Of a stretch of DNA of 64,000 nt, positions 52,981 through 63,300 are shown in pieces; positions within the stretch are counted from its first letter, which is position 1, and each line of letters starts with the position of its first letter. A program made the position numbers and the translations under genes. The notes under the pieces were generated by a model. It saw only the letters and a list, made by a program, of their open reading frames with translations. It searched no databases and was not told the DNA's origin. The stretch comes from a virus, in the IMG/VR virus record IMGVR_UViG_3300046673_000306, positions 1 through 64,000 of that record; one strand, given 5' to 3'.

Positions 52981-53715
52981 TCACCAATTCGTCCTGAGGA
53001 TGATGCCGCCGCCCCAACCACCGGTCCATCCGGGGCCACCGCTGACCCCAACCTCGGTGTTGTCCATGTGCATAAACTTCGGGGTGAAGTCGTCGACGTG
53101 TCGTGTGAGTTCCAGACCCGGGTAGAAGAGATTGGCCTGGACCAGCCCAGACCAGCGGTGCCAATAGTAGTATTTCCAGTCCAGGACTGGGCTGATCGGG
53201 AGGTCGAGGCCGCCGCCGCTGCTGACGCGGTAGTGGATCACGTGCCCGGGGCTGGTGACCAGGCCGAAGCCGAAGCGCGAGGTGAAGCCGTGATCCTGGA
53301 CCGTGATCTGGGGCAGGGCCTCGGCCATCTGCGCGGTGGCGCTGCTGATCTGGGCCTCGATCTTGGCCGTATCCGACGAGGTCCTGGCGCCGTGGAGTTC
53401 GGCGAGGAGGGCCTGGTACTTGGCCTCCAGCTCAGACTGCTTCTTGACCACGATCTGGAGCCCGCCCTCGCTGGGGACGTACTGGGTCTGGACCACGGTC
53501 TTGCCCTGGGCGTCGCGCACGAGCTGGACCAGTTGGTTCTGCTTCAGCATGTACTTGGCGAGGACGTCCGGGGGTAGGCCCTGCTGCGCGAGCCTCATCG
53601 TGTCCTGGACCGCCACCTCCTTGTCGTGAAGGTGGATGAAGAAGACGGCGACGCATACGGCTAGGGCCAGGGCTATGTGTTCGATACGCCGGACCCAGAG
53701 TTGTATCTCATCCAT
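52981..53715 (-). CDS. membrane-anchored protein of the lysis cassette (spanin-like?)
   Basis: N-terminal TM, coiled coil, beta-rich C-terminus ending in W. Confidence 0.5.
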   Translation of the reverse strand: MDEIQLWVRRIEHIALALAVCVAVFFIHLHDKEVAVQDTMRLAQQGLPPDVLAKYMLKQNQLVQLVRDAQGKTVVQTQYVPSEGGLQIVVKKQSELEAKYQALLAELHGARTSSDTAKIEAQISSATAQMAEALPQITVQDHGFTSRFGFGLVTSPGHVIHYRVSSGGGLDLPISPVLDWKYYYWHRWSGLVQANLFYPGLELTRHVDDFTPKFMHMDNTEVGVSGGPGWTGGWGGGIILRTNW

Positions 53716-54130
53716 TGTCGTCGCCTCCCGCCGCCGGGGTGTCCGAGTCCGGAGCCGTGTCGTCCTTCGGGGATTCTAAGGCAACCACGGGGTTGTCGGC
53801 GTCTCCTACCGGGGCCTGGGCTTGATCACCCGCCCACCCTGAGGTCCCCGGGATTGGGAACGCGTTCGCCGAATGCTTGTCCATCTGTCCGCTCCACACG
53901 TAGTGGACGAACACCCACCCCGCGAGGCTGCCAGTGGTCGTGATCGCGGTCGTGATGCAGTCGTGGCCGTAGTGAACTACGCCGTAGACGATGATCCACG
54001 TGTAGAGCGCTAGGAACAAATAGTTCCAGAGCGCCCTGAGCGATCCCAGGTCGTGGATGAACTTCTGCACCAGGTTTATCCTAGTGAATTTCTTCGCCTT
54101 CTTGGCGAGGAAGTTGAATATCTTCTTCAT
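53708..54130 (-). CDS. putative holin
   Basis: Basic N-terminus, two TM segments, next to the endolysin. Confidence 0.55.
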   Translation of the reverse strand: MKKIFNFLAKKAKKFTRINLVQKFIHDLGSLRALWNYLFLALYTWIIVYGVVHYGHDCITTAITTTGSLAGWVFVHYVWSGQMDKHSANAFPIPGTSGWAGDQAQAPVGDADNPVVALESPKDDTAPDSDTPAAGGDDNG

Positions 54131-54146
54131 TTTGCCTCCCAGGTCT

Positions 54147-54797
54147 TCAGACCTTTCCGATCATCGTATAGACCCCGTTCTGCATCCTCAGGACCTGACC
54201 ACACCGCTTCGGGTCCCGGTAGGGTGCCCCGAGGCTCAGGTGTAGCCAGAAAACGCGGCCATACGATCTCTGCGCAGTCTCGACGATCAACTGCCCGAAC
54301 AAGAATTTTTTGAGGCGACCGAACTTCCACAGCTTCTGGAATGCGTCCTCGACTCCTGCGGCTGTGTCTGCCGATCCGTCTTCATGGACGTCGGCGGCCT
54401 CGCATAGCATGTGCTGGGAATGCGTCGCCGATCCCGGGGTAACGCCATTGAGTTCGGGACAGCGGTAGCCGCTGTTGGCCACCAGCCTCTTACCGATCAG
54501 GTCCTCGGCGCGGCACAGCAGGGTGTCGACCGCCAGGAGCTTGTCGATCTGCTCCGGGGTCAGCATCCGGTTCTTGGCCTGGAGCGCGGCGTTGCTGGTC
54601 ACGGTCAGCTGGTACAGCGTGCGCCGCATCAGCTTCCGGTCCGGGGCCACGATCGCTGGCCTCGGCGCGGGCGCCAGCGCCGGGATCGCCGGGGGCCTGG
54701 CCCTGGGCATCGCGCCCTGGGGGATGTAGCCCTCTCCCGAGGTCCCGGTTAGGACCCGGAAGATTCCAATGAGTAGTTCCACGAGTTTAGCCCACAT
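54147..54797 (-). CDS. peptidase M15A endolysin
   Basis: NSGYRCPELN..SQHMLCEAAD..WLHLS; N-terminal hydrophobic helix. Confidence 0.85.
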   Translation of the reverse strand: MWAKLVELLIGIFRVLTGTSGEGYIPQGAMPRARPPAIPALAPAPRPAIVAPDRKLMRRTLYQLTVTSNAALQAKNRMLTPEQIDKLLAVDTLLCRAEDLIGKRLVANSGYRCPELNGVTPGSATHSQHMLCEAADVHEDGSADTAAGVEDAFQKLWKFGRLKKFLFGQLIVETAQRSYGRVFWLHLSLGAPYRDPKRCGQVLRMQNGVYTMIGKV

Positions 54798-54832
54798 AGC
54801 GCCTCCTCTCGTCTCGGACGAAGCGGACTCGC

Positions 54833-55018
54833 CTACGCCAGCGTCCCGAAGTAGCCGACGTTTCCGCTGTACGTCTTCCCGGCAGGGACCGACTCGTCGC
54901 ACAGGGTGGTGGCCACGGTACCGTCGGAGTTGAGCACCTGTATGACGATGCGCTGCCCCGGAGTCAACCCCGAGACCTCGAACGCTTTTGTGGTTTGGCT
55001 CAATGTCATGTCAGTCAT
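54833..55018 (-). CDS. small tail-fibre-associated protein
   Basis: Paralog of 55757..55945; AAGGAG RBS. Confidence 0.6.
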   Translation of the reverse strand: MTDMTLSQTTKAFEVSGLTPGQRIVIQVLNSDGTVATTLCDESVPAGKTYSGNVGYFGTLA

Positions 55019-55030
55019 TTTTATTCTCCT

Positions 55031-55573
55031 TTAAGTTCTGATGATTGGGGTGTAGGCGCGGCATGGCTGGATGTTATTGTGAGACCCGTCGCCTCCGGTG
55101 CTGCTAGAATCCTGCGACCCATAATTGGTGTTATAATTCGAGCCCCCACCTTGGTTCGGAGTATACGCGTTCAGCGCGTAGGTGGAGTGGGTGTGCGCTG
55201 GCATCTCTGCGATGGTTAGAGTATGGAGTTCTTCCCCGTATGCTCCATAGAGGGTCTTCGCCGTCAGCCCTCCGGCTATTGACGGTTCAGTTCCTAGCCC
55301 CCGGTCGAAATCGACGGCCTCGCATTTCGGGTGCTGTGAAGTCGAACTGTGGCCGGGCAAGACCCCGTTGAGGGCGTCGCACCGGTACGCGCTATGGACG
55401 CGCATGGGGCCGACGAGCGGACGAGCTCCGCCTTCGAGCCACCCGGCAAGCATGGTGAGCTTTCCGACTTGGTCGTCGGTAACGTCGCGGTTCGCGTCCT
55501 GGAGCTTGGCGTTGTCCGTGCGCGTCATCTCATAGAGAGAGAAGTGCGTGGACAGGGATTGGTCGTCACGCAT
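55031..55573 (-). CDS. chimera: truncated M15A peptidase fused to a tail-fibre tip
   Basis: HFSLYEM..SAYRC..SQH..AVDFD then GEELHTLTIAEMPAHTH..HNNIQP..IIRT. Confidence 0.7.
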   Translation of the reverse strand: MRDDQSLSTHFSLYEMTRTDNAKLQDANRDVTDDQVGKLTMLAGWLEGGARPLVGPMRVHSAYRCDALNGVLPGHSSTSQHPKCEAVDFDRGLGTEPSIAGGLTAKTLYGAYGEELHTLTIAEMPAHTHSTYALNAYTPNQGGGSNYNTNYGSQDSSSTGGDGSHNNIQPCRAYTPIIRT

Positions 55574-55760
55574 TGCGCTTCCTCCTCTTCTTCTTGTAGT
55601 GGTCCTTACCTCGGCCTATCGCCTTGCGGCAATGGTCTCGGACTTCGGTCATGACCTTGACCAAGAGCTCCCGGATGTCGGCCAGGGCGCGGACGACTTC
55701 CATTGCGGAGCCGCCCACCACCACCAGGAGCTTGATGGTTTCTATGAGCAGGTGAATCAA
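55566..55760 (-). CDS. small membrane protein
   Basis: Hydrophobic N-terminus, basic tail; TTGA overlap. Confidence 0.45.
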   Translation of the reverse strand: MIHLLIETIKLLVVVGGSAMEVVRALADIRELLVKVMTEVRDHCRKAIGRGKDHYKKKRRKRNA

Positions 55761-55945
55761 CCGAGTCTCCCACCGTAGTTGAGGCTGGCGGTCAGGGTCT
55801 TGCCTCCTGCCGGGTCGCATTGGTCGTTGATTAGAGTCAAAGCGACGCTCCCGTCGGCGTTCTTGACGACGGCGTAGAGCGACTGGCCCGGGGCCAGGGT
55901 GAAATCGACGTTTTCAGCGACGGATTTTGGGACGATGATGGCCAT
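55757..55945 (-). CDS. small tail-fibre-associated protein
   Basis: LAPGQ..NADGSVA..PAGGKT..YGG. Confidence 0.6.
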   Translation of the reverse strand: MAIIVPKSVAENVDFTLAPGQSLYAVVKNADGSVALTLINDQCDPAGGKTLTASLNYGGRLG

Positions 55946-55953
55946 GAGACCTC

Positions 55954-58900
55954 CTATTGATACCTGATGATGAACATGACGTTGGCGTTCTTCGGGCGGG
56001 ACTCTTGGTTCCCACCAGTCGGGCTGTCGATGATGTTACCCGTGTTAGCGGCCTGCGGGTACGGCCAGTATGCTCCCGCGCCGCCGCTCAGATTTCCGGA
56101 GGCGGGATTCATCGGGTGGAGATGACCTCGGTCCACGTCCATCTCGTAGGAGCCCACAGTGTTGCCGCTCCGGCCGCCAGGCAGACGGTTGAAGCGAGAT
56201 GCGGCATCGGGGTCGGTGAGAGAGTCGGTAGAGTCGTGGCTCCAACCTCTAGGGAAGCACCCGCGCATGTCCGGGAGGTTGAAGTGGGTCCCGTCCGGGG
56301 TGCCCCACCGGTCTCCGATGACCGCGTAGAGGTCGGGATACGAGACCGTGAGCAGGCTCGTCCCGTCGCACTCCATCCATCCCGCAGGCGCGTTCGGCCC
56401 GCAGAACATGGTCATCGAGCCGACCGGGACCGAGGCGAGGGTCGTCCACGCTGCGGAGGACGGGCTGGTGGCCACCGGTACCTGGCCGACCGTCGGGGTC
56501 CCGGTCACGGGTATCGACAACGACCTAAGGAAGGGCCTGACGTCCTTGATATTCCCCTGGGTCACGATCGGAGATGATCCGTTGTTGTAGACGCAGACGA
56601 CCTCGGCCAGGACCAGACCCGGCGTCGGGTATGGCGGAGGCGTCGACGGAGTCAAGAGCGAGTATCCGGCAGAATTCTCGGGTACGGTGTTTAGGTTCCC
56701 GGAATCATCCAGATAAACCAGGCCCACGTAGCTGTTGGCGGCCAGGGCCAGAGGCACGGACGGGAGAGCGATGCTGCCTCCAGAGCACTGGACCTTGTTC
56801 GCACCGTCACTAGCAACGAAGTAGGGACCAGTTGCGACGTTCAGGTTGATATCCGGTGTCGCCGAGGCGTATGGCCGCAGCTGGTCGAGGCCGACCTCGG
56901 AGATGAAACCGTTGGTGCTCATGGCCGCGTTCATCCCGATCTCGATCTGCTGAAGCGCTCCCTGGACGGTAGTGGACGTTATCTGGAAGTTGTTGGGGTT
57001 GCTCCCGGTGACCGGTTGGATTCCGACTAGGGACGCGCCTTCATCAGGCCCGACTGCCGCCAGCGTGGTATAGCTCACGAACCCGCTCTCCAGAGCCACT
57101 AGGGAGATGTTCGGGCTGTACATGGCCACCGTGGTCGCAGCCGGTGACGGGGTATTGATCCCGTAGCTCAGCTGAGACCCGACCACGCCGTTTATAAAGT
57201 AGGATGGGAGCAGGGTCTTCGGCGCCTGGAAGAAGCAGCCCGTTACCGTGGGGTTGCTGGCGATCGGGGTCGGCAGCGTTACTCCGTCGAGGATGTTGAT
57301 CGCCGCAGATGCCGAGCCCGGACCCATAATGAATGTGGTGTCGATGATCAGGGGATTGGATATATTCGTTATGTCGATGATATCGACTGCCGCCGGTGTC
57401 CCGGAGGTGCAGTCCGCCGAGCTGAAGGTGCAGTTTGAGATCACTGGGTTCGATCCGTTCGCGACCACGGCGTTGTTCCCGTTGTTGGTGCACGAAGTGA
57501 TGCTGCAAAGGGCACCCGACTTCACTACTAGACCCAGGCTCGCGGCGTTATTGCCAACGGGGGTGTCTGCGGCGTCACCGGTTCCGCCTAGGATCAGGCA
57601 GGCCGTGAACGTGGCGTTCACCGAGAGTCCGGTCATGACCACGGTCGTCACCGTGCAGTCGGAGAAGGCGGAGGTTGATGTCCCGGAGATGAACATGCAA
57701 GCCCCGACCACGACGTCGGTCCAGGTCAAGGACGTGCCCGAGACCACGATCTGGTTGATCGTCGAGGTGATGTCGCTGCTGGTCAGGGTATTCACCGAAC
57801 CGCTGAGGCTAACGCAGTCCGTGGCCGTCCCCGCCACTGGGCTAGACAAGGACGTGATCGGGGCGATGTTAAAGTCCATGTCCACGGCAGTGAACGACTC
57901 GCTGCTATACAGGGCCCGATCATTGGATGTCACCGAGCACCCGCTGGCGATCATCGTCCCGTTGTTGACCACGGCTCCGATCCCGGGGTTCGGGCCCGTG
58001 CTGAAGGCGGTTACTTCGGTGTCGGTAATGGTCACGGTCGCGGTCGTGTTCACGACGCCCGCCGCCGAGGTCGCCCCGACCCAGTTCCCGCACCAGATAT
58101 AGGAATCTTGGATCGTGAGCGTCGACCCGATATTGGCCAGGACCCCGACGGTTCCGAGGGCGCCAACAGGAGCCGTGGCCTGGCTCTCGCCGTATATCTT
58201 TTGGCCGATCAGGCAGTTGCTGATCGTAGCCGACAGGACCGACGCCCCGACGCTGACGATGACGTCGTTCCCGGTTAGGCCGACGCCGATATCCAGGCCT
58301 AGATTCGAGACCGTGACATTGTTAGCCGAGATCGTGAGCGCGTTGAAGTTCCCGCCAACGATGGGCGCGACCCTGATCGTGGTCGTCGTCGGATCAAGGC
58401 CCGTTAGCGTGACGTAGGGATTGACCATCGTTATCGGGAACTCGCTGACGTAGGTCCCGGGCTCGACCAGGACCACGTACTGGTTCGCGTATCCTACGGC
58501 GGTCGGCCCAGACATCGGTATGCTGTTTAGGGCCTCCTGGACGCTGGTGAACTGGCCCCCGGTCTGAGACACGGTAATGAGGTTGTTTGGGGAGAAGTTC
58601 TTGGACAGGGCCGCGATCGGCCTCACGTCAATCACGTCTGAGGCGTTGATCGCGGTCTGGGCCGTGTATCGGTTCACCATCGCTAAGGGGAAGGTCCAGG
58701 ACCCGGTCGGGACCGCAGGGGCCAAGGGGTTGTTGACGTTGACGGATTGCGCTATGTTGATGGAGTACTGTACCTGCTCGCGGTAGGCGCCTGGGCCAAG
58801 GGTCGGGTCCTCGATATTGGGGTACTGGGTCGCGGTGACGTCCGCTATCGAGACCGTGAGGTAGATCAAGTCTGTCCTGGGTGCGGTCGGGACACCGACA

Positions 58901-59214
58901 GGCATGTTGTAGATGAACTGCGGGGGCGCGCCTATGGCCTGGTGCAGGCCATCGGGGAGGATTAGCCGCTGGCCCTGGGTGTAGATCGCGCCCAGGGTGA
59001 TGTTCACGGCATTGTCCAGGCCGCTGGCGACGACGAGGAAGCCCTCGCCCAGGGCTCCGTCAGTGATCAGGTTCTCGATGAACCGCTGCCTCTCGTTGTT
59101 CTGGATGTCCTGGAGTTCGACCATCTCGAAGTCGGCGGGGTGAGTCCCCTCCTGGAAGACCACGGTCTCGAAGCGGTTGGCTTCGTCGAAGGTTCTCTTG
59201 CTCAGCTCTGGCAT
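55954..59214 (-). CDS. tail fibre/spike with beta-helix and tail-collar domain
   Basis: FDEANRFETVVFQEG N-terminus; GQFTSVQEAL..VEPGTY; VPVGSM..GWMECDG..FNLPDMRG..ESRPKN. Confidence 0.85.
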   Translation of the reverse strand: MPELSKRTFDEANRFETVVFQEGTHPADFEMVELQDIQNNERQRFIENLITDGALGEGFLVVASGLDNAVNITLGAIYTQGQRLILPDGLHQAIGAPPQFIYNMPVGVPTAPRTDLIYLTVSIADVTATQYPNIEDPTLGPGAYREQVQYSINIAQSVNVNNPLAPAVPTGSWTFPLAMVNRYTAQTAINASDVIDVRPIAALSKNFSPNNLITVSQTGGQFTSVQEALNSIPMSGPTAVGYANQYVVLVEPGTYVSEFPITMVNPYVTLTGLDPTTTTIRVAPIVGGNFNALTISANNVTVSNLGLDIGVGLTGNDVIVSVGASVLSATISNCLIGQKIYGESQATAPVGALGTVGVLANIGSTLTIQDSYIWCGNWVGATSAAGVVNTTATVTITDTEVTAFSTGPNPGIGAVVNNGTMIASGCSVTSNDRALYSSESFTAVDMDFNIAPITSLSSPVAGTATDCVSLSGSVNTLTSSDITSTINQIVVSGTSLTWTDVVVGACMFISGTSTSAFSDCTVTTVVMTGLSVNATFTACLILGGTGDAADTPVGNNAASLGLVVKSGALCSITSCTNNGNNAVVANGSNPVISNCTFSSADCTSGTPAAVDIIDITNISNPLIIDTTFIMGPGSASAAINILDGVTLPTPIASNPTVTGCFFQAPKTLLPSYFINGVVGSQLSYGINTPSPAATTVAMYSPNISLVALESGFVSYTTLAAVGPDEGASLVGIQPVTGSNPNNFQITSTTVQGALQQIEIGMNAAMSTNGFISEVGLDQLRPYASATPDINLNVATGPYFVASDGANKVQCSGGSIALPSVPLALAANSYVGLVYLDDSGNLNTVPENSAGYSLLTPSTPPPYPTPGLVLAEVVCVYNNGSSPIVTQGNIKDVRPFLRSLSIPVTGTPTVGQVPVATSPSSAAWTTLASVPVGSMTMFCGPNAPAGWMECDGTSLLTVSYPDLYAVIGDRWGTPDGTHFNLPDMRGCFPRGWSHDSTDSLTDPDAASRFNRLPGGRSGNTVGSYEMDVDRGHLHPMNPASGNLSGGAGAYWPYPQAANTGNIIDSPTGGNQESRPKNANVMFIIRYQ

Positions 59215-59227
59215 GGTAATGGCTCCT

Positions 59228-60373
59228 TTAGAACGCTATTGCCCAGCGAATGAAAACGCCCTGGCCCGTGGTTATGTTCGTGAACGTCGGCACGCCCCAG
59301 GCCAGTATTTTCGTGCCCGCGTTCCCTATGATGGCGATCTCCCTGATGGTGTCGTTTATCCCGAGGTTGAACTGGGCCCGGACCAGAAGGTTCGGGTTCG
59401 GCTGATCGGAGACGTCGAGCAGGTTCGGTTGCAGGAGTTCGAGCGCAACCGGTCCATTGATGGCGCGGTCGCCCAGGAACGATACCTGGGACGGGGAGAC
59501 CCTGCCAAGCTCGTGGAACATCCGCGTGGGGTTGTAGAAGGTCCTGGCCCCGATGTCGCACTCCACGTACCCGATGTACACGATCGTCCCGTTCGGAGGC
59601 GTCGGCGGCGTCGTCTTTCCCAGCGATGGCATGTTCTGGACCTCGCCGATGCCGTAGGCTCCGGACATGGTCCCGGTGTCTATGAGGAACAGATGGTTGA
59701 AGCAGTCCTGCTGCAAGCAGTTCGGCCCCGTGGCGCTGTTCCCGAAGCTCAGGGCCAAGTCGTGGGAGGTGTTGGCGACCTCGATGAAGTAGAAGGTGTT
59801 AGGGAACCCATTCGGACCGAAATTGTACACGGGGAAGTCGTTGTGGAGGATGACCGGGTCTATCCCGGTCATCTCGAAGTTGTTCCCGAGGCGGGGGTTG
59901 GTCCCGAACGAGGAGTAGGCGCCCCCGACGCCGGAGCCGACCGCGACGTGTGATATCCCGGCGAGGGCGCTCTCCGGGGTCTGGCCCATGTCAAACAGGG
60001 TCAAAGACGTGGTGTTCCCAATGAGGCCCAGATCATACGTTGGGTTCCCGGATACGGTGCGGTAGACGTTGTAGCTCAGGGCCCCGGCCACCGCTGACCA
60101 TGAGATCGAGTTGTAGTTTGCTGACCCTAGGCCAGCGTTGCCCGTCGCCGTCGTCGCGATAGAGAACGGCAGGCCTTGGCCGTAGGCGGTAACGGACTTT
60201 ATCACATATGCCCACGTCGAGGAACCGGCGGCTCCGACGTTGGCCACCGCCGATGACCCCGGAGCCGGGATCGAGAAGTCTGTAAGCTGCTGCTCGGCGG
60301 TACCGGCCATGAGCTGGGAGATCAGGGTCCTTCCGTCTCTGCTCATCTGTTGCTGCGTGCTGAGTCCGCTCAT
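59228..60373 (-). CDS. baseplate/tail-fibre attachment protein
   Basis: ISHVAVGSG, TIREIAIIG; tail context. Confidence 0.6.
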   Translation of the reverse strand: MSGLSTQQQMSRDGRTLISQLMAGTAEQQLTDFSIPAPGSSAVANVGAAGSSTWAYVIKSVTAYGQGLPFSIATTATGNAGLGSANYNSISWSAVAGALSYNVYRTVSGNPTYDLGLIGNTTSLTLFDMGQTPESALAGISHVAVGSGVGGAYSSFGTNPRLGNNFEMTGIDPVILHNDFPVYNFGPNGFPNTFYFIEVANTSHDLALSFGNSATGPNCLQQDCFNHLFLIDTGTMSGAYGIGEVQNMPSLGKTTPPTPPNGTIVYIGYVECDIGARTFYNPTRMFHELGRVSPSQVSFLGDRAINGPVALELLQPNLLDVSDQPNPNLLVRAQFNLGINDTIREIAIIGNAGTKILAWGVPTFTNITTGQGVFIRWAIAF

Positions 60374-60383
60374 GATATTTCCC

Positions 60384-63300
60384 CTATATTCCTGCGTTGA
60401 ATCGGAAGAGTTTGGCCGTGTCCAGCGAGCGCCCATAGAAGAAGACCCCGCCGTCGAAGGCCAGGCCCTGCACCCGCTCGTTCACGACGTAGGTCTTGGT
60501 CAAGACCAGGGTCTGACCCAGGGTGATCGGCGGATTCGGGATCGAGAAGACATGGACCGTGGTCGAGGTCCCGTTATACAGGGCCGTGGCCACCAGCGAG
60601 CCGCCCCCAAGTTCGATCGAGATCGAGCCCGTGGCGAGGTTGATGAGGTCTCCTGGGTGCCCCACCGGGTCCTCAGTCACCGTGGGAGGCACGTACACCG
60701 ACGGCAGGGGTATGCTCCCGACCACGGCCCCGATCGGCAGGGGGTTGTAGCCCAGGTACCCGGCGCTGGCGCTGGGCGGGACGAGGCTCATGTCCACCAG
60801 CCAGATTTTCCCGGCCAGGTCCACGATCAGGACCTTGGAGACGGCGTCCGAGACGAAGTCCAGGACGTAGTTCTGGATGTTGAATATCTCCACTGCCTGA
60901 TTCGTGCTGCGCTGGACCTGGAACAGCGTAGTGTTGTAGGACGTGGTCGAGCCTGAGCTGTCGGTCTGGAGGACCATGCACAGGCCGTTGCCTCCAGCAG
61001 CCTCGATGCGCAGGGGCTGCGCTGAGGCTCCGACCTCTCCCAGGAAGGGGAGGGATATGAAGGGCTCAATCGGGTGCGTGATCGCCAGGGTCCTGTCCCA
61101 GTTCTGGAACTCGGTCGGGGCCGAGTCCCAGGGTGCGATGCCGCTGACCCCCGCGCCTTCCTGGGTCGCGAAGGTCCAGCCATCGTAGATTCCCAGGCCA
61201 AGCGCGCCCCAGGACTGCGAGTTTCCGGAGAACCCCGCACCTTGACCCGCGATCCCGACGTCGAACAGGCCGCTGTCGTTGCTGGCCCCAGACCAGGCCA
61301 GGGTACTGATGGGGGCGACCACGCGCGCCAGGGTCACCGCGTCTATGAGGTACATGGAGTCCCCGGCCCCGGCGGCGACCACCCTCGTCAGGTCCCCGCT
61401 CTGGATCGACGCGGTCCCGGCGTAGTCCGAGGAGGACGCGAGGAGGATCGGCTCGTAGCCCACGGGGTTGTTCGTGACCTTGACGATGCCGTTAGCGCAC
61501 CCCGCGAACACGCCGTTTCCGTTCTCGGTCAGGGCATCCCTAGAGCCGAAGGTCCTGACGACGTTGACCATGCCCAGGGGCATGAAAACGGCGTCGTACA
61601 GGGTCTGATGCACCGTCACCGAGTTCGGGCCCGACTCGATCGCGGAGAACATCGACGCCGAGTAGCTGAGGACGTCGCCGATGTTCCCGGGGGCGACCAG
61701 GGCGTTGTCGACGTACGTCATGGGGGAGGCCGAGGCCGGTATCGTGGCGATGGCGCTCATGGCCGAGCCATTGACGCTGCGGCTGATCAAGACTTGATCG
61801 CCAGCGGCGTAGGCGTACCCCGCCGGGGGCGTGATCGTGAGCGTGACCTGGGTTCTGTTCGTCTGCGACGTAGTGATAACGGGCGCGCCCATTCGGCAGG
61901 TGAAGACGGCGATGTTTGATTGCGGAGAGGTGTTGTCCGCGTCCACGGCGTAGACCCAGTACTGCACGGTGTCGCCCATGTTCATCGGGTATGTGTCCCG
62001 GTAGCTCCTCAGCGCCGGGTTCGCGTCGTTGCAGACCAGGATCGGGGCCTCGTACGAGGTGGGGGACCCGGTCACGAACTTCTGGCGCCAGACCTCGAAG
62101 CCGGTGGCCAGGGTATTGGCGTCGGACCAGGTCACTAGGTTCTGGGTCGACAGGGGCCTAGTCACCGCGACCCCGGTGGGGGCGGACAAGGCCAGGTCGG
62201 TCGAGACCGTTAGGGAATAGGCCCCGAGGTTCTTGGGCACCGCGACGTCGCTGAGTATGAGGTAGGCCTGCTTGATCTCCCTGACCCTGAACGAGACTAG
62301 GGCCCCGGGGGCGCCGTTGACGGCGACCGTGACCGTCGTCTGCCCAGGGGGCACGCGCGCGACCTCCACGAACGTGCCGTTGTTCGAGAACGCGGTCTCG
62401 ATCGCGGTGTAGTCCATGTAGAGGTTGTTCGTGGTCCAGGTCAGGGTCGCCATGTTATCCGGAGTCCCCACGACCTGGAGGTCCTGCGGGGGGTCGAACG
62501 GGGTCGTGACGATGATCGGGATTGAGGCCGGACCCTGCTCCTGGTTGTCGAAGTTCTGGACGGAGTAGGCGTAGACCGCCCCGGAGATGATCGGGGCGTC
62601 GTCGACGAACTCCGTGACCGAGGCCGCGACGCTGGCGATAAGGGTCAGCGGGGCTCCGTCCATGGACTTGTAGACCAGGGTCCCGCGCACGAACGGGCTT
62701 ATGTTCTGCCAGGACACGTTGATGACCCCGGCCCCGGTGATCGCCACTGAGACGTTGTCTGGCGCAACCAGCTCCTGGACGATGATGATCTGGATAGAGT
62801 TCGACCAGGGGCTGACCGCCGTCGCGTTATCGGCCCGAACCCGGTACGAGACGAAGGTCCCTACAGGGTAGTCGAAGACGTCGGTGAAGGAAGTGGTCCC
62901 CCCCGGGACCGTGATCAGGGGTCCGATCACGGGCAAGAACGCGGGAGCCTCCATGATCGTGCGCTGGATCGAGTACGATGTCTCCAGGTCCTCGTTGATG
63001 ACCAGGTTCGTGTCGGTCCAGGTCAGGATCGCGCCGATGTCTGCGGCGGGGACCACGGAGACGAGGACGGGCGCGTTCAGGGGCGCTGTGACGCTGAATG
63101 CCGCTGACGTCGGCCCCGCGAAGTCCTGGTTGAAGGCCTCGACCTTGAAGGTGTATATCTGTCCAGGCACTATGACCACGGAGTAGACGTAGGTCAGCGT
63201 CCCCGGGGCAACGACGGCGACCTGGTCGAAGACCGTGGTGCTGCCGACGTCCAGGTACACGCGGACCCCCTTCTCGTCGGACACTGCCGGGTAGTTGGGG

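Noticed and set aside
55031-56500. Diversity-generating retroelement or invertible shufflon at the tail tips
   Set aside because: No reverse transcriptase, TR/VR pair, invertase or inverted crossover sites seen; both tips are in the same orientation.
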